A DNA stretch of 64,000 bases, from NCBI GenBank assembly GCA_963666115.2, contig CAXXET010000004.1, positions 64,001 through 128,000 on the forward strand, given 5' to 3'. A program made the position numbers and the translations under genes. The DNA is from Dehalococcoidia bacterium (GTDB taxonomy: Bacteria; Chloroflexota; Dehalococcoidia; UBA6926). A model generated the notes under the pieces. That model was not told the origin of the DNA. It saw nothing but the letters and a program-made list of their open reading frames with translations, and ran no database searches. This document shows positions 33,559 through 42,852 of this stretch, piece after piece. The first letter of the stretch is position 1. Each line of letters opens with the position of its first letter.

Positions 33559-33843
33559 ATGATTCGGCCAACTAAGGTTGAGGCGCGAGAGGGATACCGG
33601 ATATGGATTCGCTATTCCGACGGTGCGGAGGGAGAAGTTGACCTCTCGGCCCTTGCCGGCAAGGGCGTCTTTGCCGCCTGGAATGAGCCGGGCTATTTCG
33701 ACAGGGTTCACATCAACGAGGCCGGCGACGTCGCATGGAGTGATGAGATCGACCTCTGCCCCGAATCCCTCTACATGGACCTCACCGGCAAATCCGCCGA
33801 AGAAGTAATGCCCGGCCTGCTGCCCAGGACCCAGGATGCCTGA
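33559..33843 (+). CDS. DUF2442-family protein (putative antitoxin)
   Basis: YRIWIRYSDGAEGEVDL..GVF..VAWSDEIDLCPESLY. Confidence 0.85.
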   Translation: MIRPTKVEAREGYRIWIRYSDGAEGEVDLSALAGKGVFAAWNEPGYFDRVHINEAGDVAWSDEIDLCPESLYMDLTGKSAEEVMPGLLPRTQDA

Positions 33844-33894
33844 GATCGGGCGCAGCGCCATGAGCCGCCCGGCAAGATAGACCCGCTCCCGTAG
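33836..33894 (+). pseudogene. Internally deleted DUF4160-like toxin remnant
   Basis: ATG CCT GAG ATC (MPEI) overlaps the DUF2442 stop and is followed, out of frame, by DRAQRHEPPGKIDPLP*. These resemble the N- and C-termini typical of DUF4160 proteins. Confidence 0.55.
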
Positions 33895-33932
33895 GAACAG
33901 AACCTGCGTAAACTGGGGTTTGGAGGATAGCG

Positions 33933-34178
33933 ATGACTGTCAATGAACTGGCCCAATTGCTGGCGGCATATCCACCCGACCTGCGCGTGGTGGTGGACGG
34001 CTACGAGGACGGCTACGACGACCTATCGCCGGAACAGCTCGCTATGGCTAAGGTTGCCTTGGATGTGGGAGACCAGGATTGGGTCGGCAAGCATGGAGAT
34101 GCCAACTATCTGCCTCAAGAGAAGCTGGTCGGCCTCAAGGTTGAAGAGGCTTTGGTTCTGCGTCGGACGTCGCACTAA
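33933..34178 (+). CDS. Small acidic hypothetical protein
   Basis: 81-aa ORF using the GGAGG in the second direct-repeat copy; MTVNELAQLLAAYPPDLRVVVDGYEDG. Confidence 0.7.
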   Translation: MTVNELAQLLAAYPPDLRVVVDGYEDGYDDLSPEQLAMAKVALDVGDQDWVGKHGDANYLPQEKLVGLKVEEALVLRRTSH

Positions 34179-34183
34179 GGAGT

Positions 34184-35092
34184 GTGGAAGGGCTAGGCGA
34201 CCTGCGAACAGATTCAGTCATGACCGAGACAACTAATCCCGACCCAAGGACGCTCAGCTTCTCCCAGGCCAACGGCTACGAAGACTTGCCTCAGCCACTG
34301 GCCTTAGAAGAAGTCAGCTATGACGCGCGCCGCAAACTTTGGGACCTTTTGTGGCTATCCGCTTGGGAACATGATTGGGATGACTGGGCCACGGACTATT
34401 GGCCTAATGTCTTTCAGACTCTCCATCTAGAGTTCATGAAGGAGCCTCTGGATGAGTTTGACGCTGATGCGGATGTAATACGGAAAATTTACAGGCCCCT
34501 GATCCTGTCGGATCTTTCATTTCACATCTTGTTTGATTTGTGGCAGATGATTATGCGGCATCGTCGGTGCCCAAAAACGTTTGTTAGTACCACTGCGGCG
34601 ATCTTTGAGGAATGCCGCCTCGCTTACGTTGTGGATACGACCGGCCCGCCAACGATACTCCCTGCCGCGACTCCCCAGGAGGGCGAGGCATTGATCGCCG
34701 CTCTGCGAAATCTAAAGGATGGTGGCTATCTGGGGGCAGAGACTCACCTGCGGGAAGCGGGAACCCAGATCAACGCCGGAGAGTGGGCGGAGTCGGTTCG
34801 CGAGAGCATTCATGCGGTGGAATCCGTCGCCCGCGTGCTTGACCCCCAAGACACCAACACCCTGGATGACGCGCTCAAATCGTTGGAGAAGCAGATTCGA
34901 ATTCATCCCGCTCTCAAAGGTGCCTTCAGCAGGCTGTACGGCTACACGTCTGACGAGACGGGAATCAGGCACTCCCTGCTGGAAGACGACACCTCGCCTG
35001 TCGGTCGTGACGAAGCTGTCTTCATGCTCGGGGCCTGCGCCTCTTTCGTCACCTATCTCCTAAGCAAGCGCCGCGCAGGAGTATCCCCATGA
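34184..35092 (+). CDS. AbiJ-related abortive-infection-like protein (NTD4-type N-terminus, HEPN-like C-terminus)
   Basis: FSQANGY N-terminus; C-terminal SVRESIHAVESV, IHPALKGAFSRLYGYTSDETGIRHSL, EAVFMLGACASFVTYL. Start may be ATG 34220. Confidence 0.65.
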   Translation: MEGLGDLRTDSVMTETTNPDPRTLSFSQANGYEDLPQPLALEEVSYDARRKLWDLLWLSAWEHDWDDWATDYWPNVFQTLHLEFMKEPLDEFDADADVIRKIYRPLILSDLSFHILFDLWQMIMRHRRCPKTFVSTTAAIFEECRLAYVVDTTGPPTILPAATPQEGEALIAALRNLKDGGYLGAETHLREAGTQINAGEWAESVRESIHAVESVARVLDPQDTNTLDDALKSLEKQIRIHPALKGAFSRLYGYTSDETGIRHSLLEDDTSPVGRDEAVFMLGACASFVTYLLSKRRAGVSP

Positions 35093-36282
35093 CCTCCCCA
35101 CCATCCCTTCCCAACGGCTGGCGCGAGGTGACGCTTGGCGACGTCATGACTTTTCAGCGTGGCTTTGACTTGGCGCAAACTAAGCGCATACATGGACCAT
35201 ATCCCGTGATTGCATCCACAGGCGAGGTCGGAAATCACAACGAGGCAGCGGTCAAAGGGCCTGGAGTAGTAATAGGTCGTTCCGGCAGTTTGGGCGGCGG
35301 TCAATACATCCGCGGCGACTACTGGCCCCTGAATACTGCCCTCTGGGTCAAAGATTTTCACGAGAATGACGTGAGGTACTGCTACTACCTTCTCGGCTCT
35401 CTTGACCTGGCTCAATTCAACGCTGGAAGTGGTGTCCCCACCTTGAATCGGAATCACATACACCCGCTTCCAGTCAAGGTCCCCCCGCTGCAAGAACAAC
35501 GCGCCATAGCCCACGTCCTCGGCACGCTGGACGACAAGATCGAGTTGAACCGCCAGATGAATGAGACGCTGGAGTCCATGGCGAGAGCCCTGTTCAAATC
35601 GTGGTTCGTCGATTTCGAGCCGGTGCGGGCCAAGATGGAGGGCCGGTGGCATCGAGGAGAATCCCTCCCCGGCCTCCCCGCCGAGTTGTTCGATCTCTTC
35701 CCAAACCGCCTAACCCCCTCCCAACTAGGCGAGATTCCAGAGGGCTGGCAGATAAAGCCGCTGGGAGAGGCGATTGAGTTGGCGTATGGTAAGGCTTTGA
35801 AAGCCGACAGCCGAAGGCCCGGCGATATTCCTGTCTATGGCTCAAATGGTCAAGTTGGCTGGCATGATGAGGCTCTGGTCAAGGGCCCCGGCATTGTAGT
35901 TGGAAGGAAAGGGAACCCGGGTATCGTTACGTGGTCTCAAACCGACTTCTTTCCCATTGACACCACCTTCTACGTAGAACCTGCCGATGGTGAACTCAGC
36001 ATGGCGTTCTTGTTCTATTCGCTCTGTCGGCAGGATTTGCCGTCAGTGGCCGCCGACTCTGCCGTACCTGGGCTAAATCGCAACCTCGCCTATTCGAACG
36101 CACAATTGCTTCCTGCGTCGGATGTGCTGCGCGAATTCGATCATACTGTTGAGACGATGTTCGCACAGCGCAACCAACTTGAAACTGAATCCCGCGCACT
36201 GGCCGCACAACGGGATGCCCTGTTGCCGCGGCTGGTGAGCGGAGAGGTGAGGGTGGATGGGGGGAGTAGAATAACAGCATGA
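35089..36282 (+). CDS. hsdS: Type I R-M specificity subunit
   Basis: Two TRDs; PPLQEQRAIAHVLGTLDDKIELNRQMNETLE spacer; GEIPEGW; RDALLPRLVSGE. Confidence 0.95.
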   Translation: MTSPPSLPNGWREVTLGDVMTFQRGFDLAQTKRIHGPYPVIASTGEVGNHNEAAVKGPGVVIGRSGSLGGGQYIRGDYWPLNTALWVKDFHENDVRYCYYLLGSLDLAQFNAGSGVPTLNRNHIHPLPVKVPPLQEQRAIAHVLGTLDDKIELNRQMNETLESMARALFKSWFVDFEPVRAKMEGRWHRGESLPGLPAELFDLFPNRLTPSQLGEIPEGWQIKPLGEAIELAYGKALKADSRRPGDIPVYGSNGQVGWHDEALVKGPGIVVGRKGNPGIVTWSQTDFFPIDTTFYVEPADGELSMAFLFYSLCRQDLPSVAADSAVPGLNRNLAYSNAQLLPASDVLREFDHTVETMFAQRNQLETESRALAAQRDALLPRLVSGEVRVDGGSRITA

Positions 36283-36767
36283 TGATGAGCGAAAACATGC
36301 GGAAGTCCCGCTTCTCCCTGTCGTATATCGAGGCAGTTGCATCGCATGCTGGCTTTCAGGTCGTCGAGCCTAAGGTGGACGAAGACAGCGTCGACGGAAT
36401 CTTGATGGGCGATTTCGGCAAGAGACCTCGAATCGAGTTTCAAGCCAAAGCGACTAGTCAGAACATTCTGCGTCCTGACGGCGTCCATTTTGACCTGCCA
36501 GTAAAAAACTACGAGGAATTGCGTCTGGAGACCATCGTTCCGCGGATATTGATAGTGATGCTGATGCCTGATTCACCGGAGGATTGGCTAAACCAGTCAG
36601 CGGATGAGCTTTGCTTGCGTCGCTGCGCATATTGGAGGTCGCTCAGGGACGAGCCCGCCACATCGAACAGTGACAGCGTCATGGTTCGATTGCCAACAGA
36701 GTATATTTTTGACAGTGATCGCCTCAGATGGATGATGGAACAGACCGAAAGGACAGGTGCGCTGTGA
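36279..36767 (+). CDS. DUF4365-family PD-(D/E)xK-like protein
   Basis: DEDSVDG..IEFQAKAT..LPVKNYEELR..PRILIV..CAYWRSL. Confidence 0.75.
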   Translation: MMMSENMRKSRFSLSYIEAVASHAGFQVVEPKVDEDSVDGILMGDFGKRPRIEFQAKATSQNILRPDGVHFDLPVKNYEELRLETIVPRILIVMLMPDSPEDWLNQSADELCLRRCAYWRSLRDEPATSNSDSVMVRLPTEYIFDSDRLRWMMEQTERTGAL

Positions 36768-37906
36768 ACATTGACATTCGCGACCGTCCCGCGCTGGGAT
36801 CCATTCCGATTATCAATCTTCGCTCTTACCTCGCATCTCGCGGCTGGACTGATTCAGGTAAGTGGGGAGAACGGCCAGTCGCGTTGTTTGCAGCCGAGCG
36901 GCACGGGAGAACGTGGGAGGTCTTGGTGCCGCTCCGCGACACCCTGGGCGGATACGCGGAAAACATGGCTGATGCGATTTCAGTCTTGGCAGCCGTAGAG
37001 GAACGGTCACAACTTGATATCTATAACGATCTGGTGGCTACGGGGGCCGATGTCGTTTATCTGCGTTCTCCGGTCGGCTCCAGCATGGAGACGCCTTCTA
37101 TACGACAGAGCTCCGAGATGTTGAGCGACGCCTACAAGATGCTTGAAGCTGGGGCCAGGGCGGTTGAAAAACCACGAGCCATTTACAGAGGCAAACTAAG
37201 TGCAGATGTTGCAGAGTATCTGGACAATGTGAAGCCGATGCCGGGATTCTCGGCATCCTTCGATCTAATGCTGCGCTCCCCTGTTCCAATGAGCTTTGAC
37301 ACCCAACAAGACTTGGGAGATGACTTTCAAGCCCCCTTCCCGCGTCTCGTTACACACAAGCTGGCCGAAGGCTTGAAGCATACTTCCGAAGCCGTTGAAA
37401 GTGTTCTGGCCCAAGACAACCTCGACTCATTCAAACAGGGCATCAATCGCGGCATAAGCGCGAATCTCTGCGACTCAATAGCCGATTTGGCGCATCGAGC
37501 CGAGGGGATCACAATCGGGCTTTCTTGGGCAGGAGTACGCCCTGCGAACATTGAAGACTCAACCTTCCGATTTTCATCTGCTTCAGCGGATATATTGACC
37601 GAAGCAGCAAAGTCCCTGCGAACCAAGGAAACGTCGTTCGACGAGACGATCATGGGACTTGTCGTCCGGCTAGAGAAGGAGCCAGGAGAATTTGACGGCA
37701 GGGCTACGATCGCATCCATCTGGGATGGACGGCTGACGCGAATGAATGCGGAGTTCGAAAAACCACTCTACGAAGAGGTCATTCGCGCCTTTAGAGACCA
37801 AGTTGACGTCTCTCTTGAAGCAGACGTTCATCCGTCCGGCAACGCGTTTCAGCTGCGCAACATCCGTAATCTCGTAGTCCATGCAAACGCTGCTCAGCCT
37901 GTATGA
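36764..37906 (+). CDS. Uncharacterised ~380-aa protein coupled to the DUF4365 gene
   Basis: GTGA overlap with the upstream stop and ATGA overlap with hsdR; motifs [35 protein letters not shown]. Confidence 0.75.
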   Translation: MNIDIRDRPALGSIPIINLRSYLASRGWTDSGKWGERPVALFAAERHGRTWEVLVPLRDTLGGYAENMADAISVLAAVEERSQLDIYNDLVATGADVVYLRSPVGSSMETPSIRQSSEMLSDAYKMLEAGARAVEKPRAIYRGKLSADVAEYLDNVKPMPGFSASFDLMLRSPVPMSFDTQQDLGDDFQAPFPRLVTHKLAEGLKHTSEAVESVLAQDNLDSFKQGINRGISANLCDSIADLAHRAEGITIGLSWAGVRPANIEDSTFRFSSASADILTEAAKSLRTKETSFDETIMGLVVRLEKEPGEFDGRATIASIWDGRLTRMNAEFEKPLYEEVIRAFRDQVDVSLEADVHPSGNAFQLRNIRNLVVHANAAQPV

Positions 37907-39369
37907 CCACGCTCACCGAAGCCGTCGTTGAAGAGGCCGCCCTTCACTGGCTGACCGCCCTCGGCTGGAACGTCGCGCACGGGCCGGACATCGCGCCGGG
38001 CGCCCCAAACGCGGAACGTGACGATTTCCGTCAGGTCATGCTGGAGCAGCGGCTGAGAGACGCCCTCGAGGAATTGAACCCCGCCCTGCCCGCCTCGGCA
38101 ATCGACGACGCCTTTCGCAAGCTCACGCGGCCCGACGGCGCGACCACGGAAACGCGCAACCGCGCATTCCACCGGATGCTCGTCAATGGCGTCACGGTGG
38201 AGTACCCGGAAGGCGAGGGACGCATTCGGGGGGCGCAGGTTCGGGTCATTGACTTTGATGACCCCGGAAACAATGGCTTCCTCGCCGTCAACCAGTTCAC
38301 TGTCAACGAGAACCGCAGCGCCCGCCGGCCGGACGTCATCCTTTTCGTCAATGGCCTGCCCCTGGGCATCATGGAGTTGAAGAATCCGGCGGATGAGGAC
38401 GCCACCATCTGGACGGCATGGCAGCAGCTCCAGACCTACAAGGCAGAGCTGCCCACCCTGTTTTCCATGAACGAGGCGCTGGTGGTCTCGGACGGCATGA
38501 CCGCCCGCCTCGGCGCGCTGACCTCCGGCCGCGAGTGGTTCAAACCCTGGCGCACGACCACCGGCGAGGCTCTCGCAGATTCCCGCATGACCGAGCTGCA
38601 GGTGATGCTGCAGGGCGTATTCGAGCCGCGCCGGTTCCTTGCCATGATCCGTGACTTCATCGTGTTTGAGGACGACGGGGGCGGCGCGCTTGCCAAGAAA
38701 ATGGCAGGCTACCACCAGTTCCACGCCGTCAGGGTTGCCGTCGATGAGACCCTGCGGGCGGCGGAACTACAGCGCGATGAAGCCGGGGTCGTGGAAGCGG
38801 GCGGCAGGTATGAATCCGGCAGCATGGCGGGCGGGCAACCCGGCGACCGTCGCATCGGCGTCGTGTGGCACACGCAAGGCTCCGGCAAAAGCCTGACGAT
38901 GGCTTTCTACGCGGGCGCGATTGTGCGTGAGCCTGCCATGGAGAATCCGACTATTGTCGTCCTCACGGACCGCAACGATTTGGACGACCAGCTATTCGGC
39001 ACGTTCTCCCGCTGCCAAGACCTGCTGAGGCAGCCGCCGACGCAGGCGGATAGCAGGGCGGACCTCCGGAAAAAGCTGTCCGTCAACGCAGGCGGCATCG
39101 TCTTCACTACCATCCAAAAATTCTTCCCGGAGGAAAAGGGGGATACGCACCCCACGCTTTCGGACAGGCGCAACATCGTCGTGATAGCGGATGAGGCGCA
39201 CCGCAGCCTCGCAGGCTACACGGCTACACGTCTGACGAGACCTGCAAAGACTAATGCGCTCTTGTCGTGGCTGATGCATAGAGAAGTTATGGTGGCAGGC
39301 ACTCTTGACGCAACCTCCATAGAATGGCACCTAAAGCGCGGTCAGGGGCACGCATGCTCTGGTGTATAA
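37903..39369 (+). pseudogene. hsdR: Truncated type I restriction subunit; similarity ends at 39207 (435 aa)
   Basis: [20 protein letters not shown] nuclease motif, WHTQGSGKS (motif I), DEAHRS (motif II), then unrelated sequence. Helicase motifs III-VI are absent. Confidence 0.88.
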
Positions 39370-39404
39370 TGAGTGAGCAACCTAATGTGTCAGGAGCCTC
39401 AGGA

Positions 39405-40517
39405 ATGTCCAGTGAAATTGAGCAGACAGACGATTTAGAGGTGGTGGACGAAGCCGAAGAGTCCGACGAGGCTTCTCCCTTCCGGTACCAGATAACAGCA
39501 TATGGCGCAGATTACCCCGTAGACGCCTTAGTGAAGAGGATTGCTTCAAAGGATATTGTAGTGCCGCGGTTCGATCCAGAAACGCCGGCGGAGGGCATCA
39601 GGGGCTTCCAGAGGCAATTCGTCTGGAATAAGGGCCAAAGCGATAGGTTTATCGAGTCGCTTCTGCTTGGCCTGCCGGTCCCCGGCATATTCCTTGTAAG
39701 CCAAGAAGATGGCCGCCTTCTTGTGCTGGATGGCCAGCAGCGGTTGCTGACTCTATACTCGTTTTGCTCAGGTGACACTCAGGCGAGAAAGCACAAATTA
39801 GAGCGAGTTCAGGATAGCTTTGCTGGGAAGACATACCAGACGCTTGATTTGGCAGACAGGCGGCGGCTTGATGATAGTATAATTCACGCCACAATCGTTA
39901 GGCAGGATGAACCATCGGATGATCAAAGTAGCATCTACATGATATTCGAAAGGCTTAACACGGGAGGTACGGCACTGCAGCCGCAAGAGATTCGCGTAGC
40001 TCTCTATGGTGGACCGTTTATGAACTTGCTGCGCGATTTGAATGAGTTCACGGCATGGCGAGATTTTTTTGGTACGAAGTCTACGCGCCTCAAAGATCAA
40101 GAGCTCATATTGAGGTTCTTCAGCCTGCTCTATAGGGAGCAGGATTATAAGCCACCTATGAAGGACTTCCTGAATCTCTATGCTAGCGAAAATCGTAAGT
40201 TGAATATTCAAAATGAAAGTGAACTTCGAGAGATTTTTGAATCCACAGTGAAAGCTCTCCGTCAGAGCTTGGGGAATCGTGCCTTTCGATTGGCTAACCC
40301 CCTTAATGTGGCAGTCATGGAGGCCGTGATGGTTGGGGTTGCTGCGCGCATACGTGAGCACGGCTTAATCACTGATTTGTCGGGGATTAATCAAGCTTAT
40401 AGAAACTTGCTTCTAAACAGTGCCTTTTTGGATTCTGTGACCAGCGGCACCACTCAAGAGGGAAACGTGAAGACCAGGCTGAGTCTCGCGAAGACGGCAA
40501 TGAAAGAACTAGTGTAG
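39405..40517 (+). CDS. DUF262 (ParB/GmrS-like) protein
   Basis: FQRQFVW, FIESLLLGLPVP, LDGQQRL, IFERLNTGG. TATAAT at 39365 and AGGAG at 39392 favour ATG 39405. Visibly more AT-rich than the flanks. Confidence 0.88.
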   Translation: MSSEIEQTDDLEVVDEAEESDEASPFRYQITAYGADYPVDALVKRIASKDIVVPRFDPETPAEGIRGFQRQFVWNKGQSDRFIESLLLGLPVPGIFLVSQEDGRLLVLDGQQRLLTLYSFCSGDTQARKHKLERVQDSFAGKTYQTLDLADRRRLDDSIIHATIVRQDEPSDDQSSIYMIFERLNTGGTALQPQEIRVALYGGPFMNLLRDLNEFTAWRDFFGTKSTRLKDQELILRFFSLLYREQDYKPPMKDFLNLYASENRKLNIQNESELREIFESTVKALRQSLGNRAFRLANPLNVAVMEAVMVGVAARIREHGLITDLSGINQAYRNLLLNSAFLDSVTSGTTQEGNVKTRLSLAKTAMKELV

Positions 40518-40525
40518 GAAGTTCG

Positions 40526-40990
40526 GTGAAGACGCGCGCTGTTGTCGACAGAAAAAACAGGCTCGATGCTGTCTTTTCCCGGATTTCGAATCTCCCGGAA
40601 GAATCGTTGCAAGTCAGGGCAGATTTCGCAGCTTATCTCTGCGTATTGACATGTGGTTTCCTTGAGGCAGCCGCTTCTGAAATTGCGTTGGAATATTGCA
40701 GAGACAAGTCATCTCCAAGAATCCAAAATTTTGTGGAGAATCGTTTGCAACGTCCCAGCAACATGAATGCTGAGCAACTGAGACAATTGGTCGGCTCTTT
40801 TGATTCTGGATGGGGTGAAAGAATTGCCGAGTACTTGCAAGGCGCCCGGAAAGAGGCAGTGGATTCCTTGTACGCAAACCGGAATCGCATTGCTCATGGT
40901 GATCCTGTTAGCCTGACTTTTTCAAGAGTGCAGGAGTATTATGGAAAGGTCAGCGAAGTTGTTGAATATCTTGAAGAGATATTCAGTTGA
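40526..40990 (+). CDS. HEPN-domain putative RNase (MAE_28990/RiboL-PSP-like)
   Basis: RNRIAH (Rx4H) motif, GFLE helix; 8 nt downstream of DUF262. Confidence 0.82.
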   Translation: MKTRAVVDRKNRLDAVFSRISNLPEESLQVRADFAAYLCVLTCGFLEAAASEIALEYCRDKSSPRIQNFVENRLQRPSNMNAEQLRQLVGSFDSGWGERIAEYLQGARKEAVDSLYANRNRIAHGDPVSLTFSRVQEYYGKVSEVVEYLEEIFS

Positions 40991-41190
40991 ACTTTGCGAC
41001 AATCCCTTCTTGTGACCACCTCGCCAGTTCTGGAATTCAAGATGCTTCCCTTGCTTGCCTGAGCGGCCCTAACTGGCAAGCGGAGCACAGGCCGAAGGTT
41101 ACGTTCCAACTCTGCGATCAGACGCCATCCAACACCTCAACCCCCTCCCAAGTCAACCCTCCCCATCCCCAGCCGCCTCCATCGTCATTC

Positions 41191-42852
41191 CTACCTCCCA
41201 TTCAGCTCCCCCGCCAGCGCGCACCCCGTGTCGTAGTCCCCTGTCGAGGAAAACCACAGCTTGTAGCACCACCGCGTGAACGGCGCAATTCGCCCACCGC
41301 GGACGGCAATCTCATAACTCCCGTCCGCGTTCTCCGACACCCCCACCGTCACCCCGCCCCCAATCTCGCGGGATTCCCCGTCATGGAGCACCGAATAATC
41401 GTCCCTGCCCCACCCGACAGCCTCATTCACGTCAGGATTGCGGATGTCATACAGCGCCGGCCCCAGCCGCGTCTGCGTGCCGGTTCCGGCGGACTGGTCA
41501 TACCGACTGATCAGCGCCCCGCTGTAGCGGAACGGTCTCAGCCCGTCGGGCGCGTCCGGGTCATAGACGATCGGGCTGTCGTCGATATAGATGTCGTCGC
41601 GTTCGTCCAGTACCTCCACCGTCGTGAACGCGTGGGGCCGGCCGGACGAAATGACGAGGAGTTGGTAGCCGTCCTGGAGAGGCGGCTGTAGCGTGTAGAC
41701 GCCCTCGTAGGCCAAATGCAGCGCAACGTCCGACGGATCGATCCACCCCGCGCTGTACCTGTTGATTGCCATCGTCGCCGGCATCTTGTCGCTCCAGCCC
41801 TTAACCGGCGGCAGCGTGAGCGCCGACATCACGTCCAGGTGGTTGCTGTATGGGTTCGGCGGCTCCAGACCATCGTCCACGCCCTTCGGCTTCCAGCCAA
41901 TCTCAGTGAATGAGTGCGGCCAGTTCATCCAGCCGTGCCCAATCTCATGCACCAGTACCTGCATGCTTGCCTGTGAGACGCTGACCAGCCCAAAGTCCGC
42001 GCTGCCGGCGAAGCCCTGCCCGGCCGAATAGGCCGTGACGTCGACCAGCAAAATGCGGTGGATGCCGGCCGGCTCCGAAAGTGTACACAGCGCCCGCGTA
42101 TCCCCCTCGGCGCAATCCCGTATGCCGGCCAGCCGCAGTTGCTGCTTCTTCGCGGTATCGTGGGAACCGTCGCCCTCCACGACGAAATCGCTTCCAGGCG
42201 CAAAGGAGAACCGCAGCTTGCCGCTGGAGATGCGCCGGTAATAGGCCGCAACATACTCATTGAGCGTAGCGACGGCCTCCTCCATGCTCATTGATTCGCG
42301 CGCGCCGTCGTCGTTGAACCACCCGCCCTTCCCCACCGGCACGCGGGCAATGTCAACACTGATAACCAGGTCGCCGAGCGAGTAATAGGTGGGGTCTATC
42401 GGCGCATCGAGGTAGGTCTTCTCCGGGTCTGACGTCGTCCGCGTGCAGCCGTTGTAGGTCATGAACGTCCAGGGAATATGGCTGTCGTTGCCGTGCCAGC
42501 GCACCAGCGACAGCGCATCCGCCCCGCCCAGGTCCGCCATGCCCGCCTCGATCCACGGGGACGTTTCCTTTTCAGGCGTGATGCACGTGTATGGGGCGCG
42601 CGGCCTGAACCAGTGCGGCGTGCCCATTCCAAGATCGATGTCCGCGACAAGGTTTTCTTGGCCGCTGCCGGGCGCCGGCTCCGGCGATTCGACCGGAGGC
42701 GGAATGGGCGACGGCTCAGGCGTGTCCACGTCCTCTGAGTCGCCCACGCACGCCGCTCCCACCACAAGCGCGAACGCCAGCAACGCCAGAATCGCGAACG
42801 CCCTGCCAATCGCCATCCAGCCCTCCCCGCCCATTATCCGCCGCATCATCAT
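41191..42852 (-). CDS. Lipoprotein zinc metallopeptidase (HEXXH)
   Basis: Hydrophobic signal ending GAAC, Pro-rich linker, HEIGHGWMNWPH, DVMS Met-turn, R..AGW. Overlaps the addA stop. Confidence 0.75.
   Translation of the reverse strand: MMMRRIMGGEGWMAIGRAFAILALLAFALVVGAACVGDSEDVDTPEPSPIPPPVESPEPAPGSGQENLVADIDLGMGTPHWFRPRAPYTCITPEKETSPWIEAGMADLGGADALSLVRWHGNDSHIPWTFMTYNGCTRTTSDPEKTYLDAPIDPTYYSLGDLVISVDIARVPVGKGGWFNDDGARESMSMEEAVATLNEYVAAYYRRISSGKLRFSFAPGSDFVVEGDGSHDTAKKQQLRLAGIRDCAEGDTRALCTLSEPAGIHRILLVDVTAYSAGQGFAGSADFGLVSVSQASMQVLVHEIGHGWMNWPHSFTEIGWKPKGVDDGLEPPNPYSNHLDVMSALTLPPVKGWSDKMPATMAINRYSAGWIDPSDVALHLAYEGVYTLQPPLQDGYQLLVISSGRPHAFTTVEVLDERDDIYIDDSPIVYDPDAPDGLRPFRYSGALISRYDQSAGTGTQTRLGPALYDIRNPDVNEAVGWGRDDYSVLHDGESREIGGGVTVGVSENADGSYEIAVRGGRIAPFTRWCYKLWFSSTGDYDTGCALAGELNGR

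Larger units (their letters stand above)
33440..33929 (+). repeat. 29-bp direct repeat (33440-33468 and 33901-33929) duplicating the hsdM 3' end and its GGAGG
   Basis: aacctgcgtaaactggggtttggaggata, exact at both sites, 461 bp apart. Confidence 0.95.

Noticed and set aside
34929-39241. 31-bp near-duplicate as a DGR template/variable pair
   Set aside because: Too short, the mismatches are not confined to adenines, and there is no reverse transcriptase in the window.
33470-41000. Classical integron cassette array
   Set aside because: No intI and no recurring attC-like structures; most genes overlap with no intergenic space.
40987-41691. 234-aa + strand ORF after HEPN
   Set aside because: Low-complexity translation of a C-rich junction plus the antisense of the peptidase gene.
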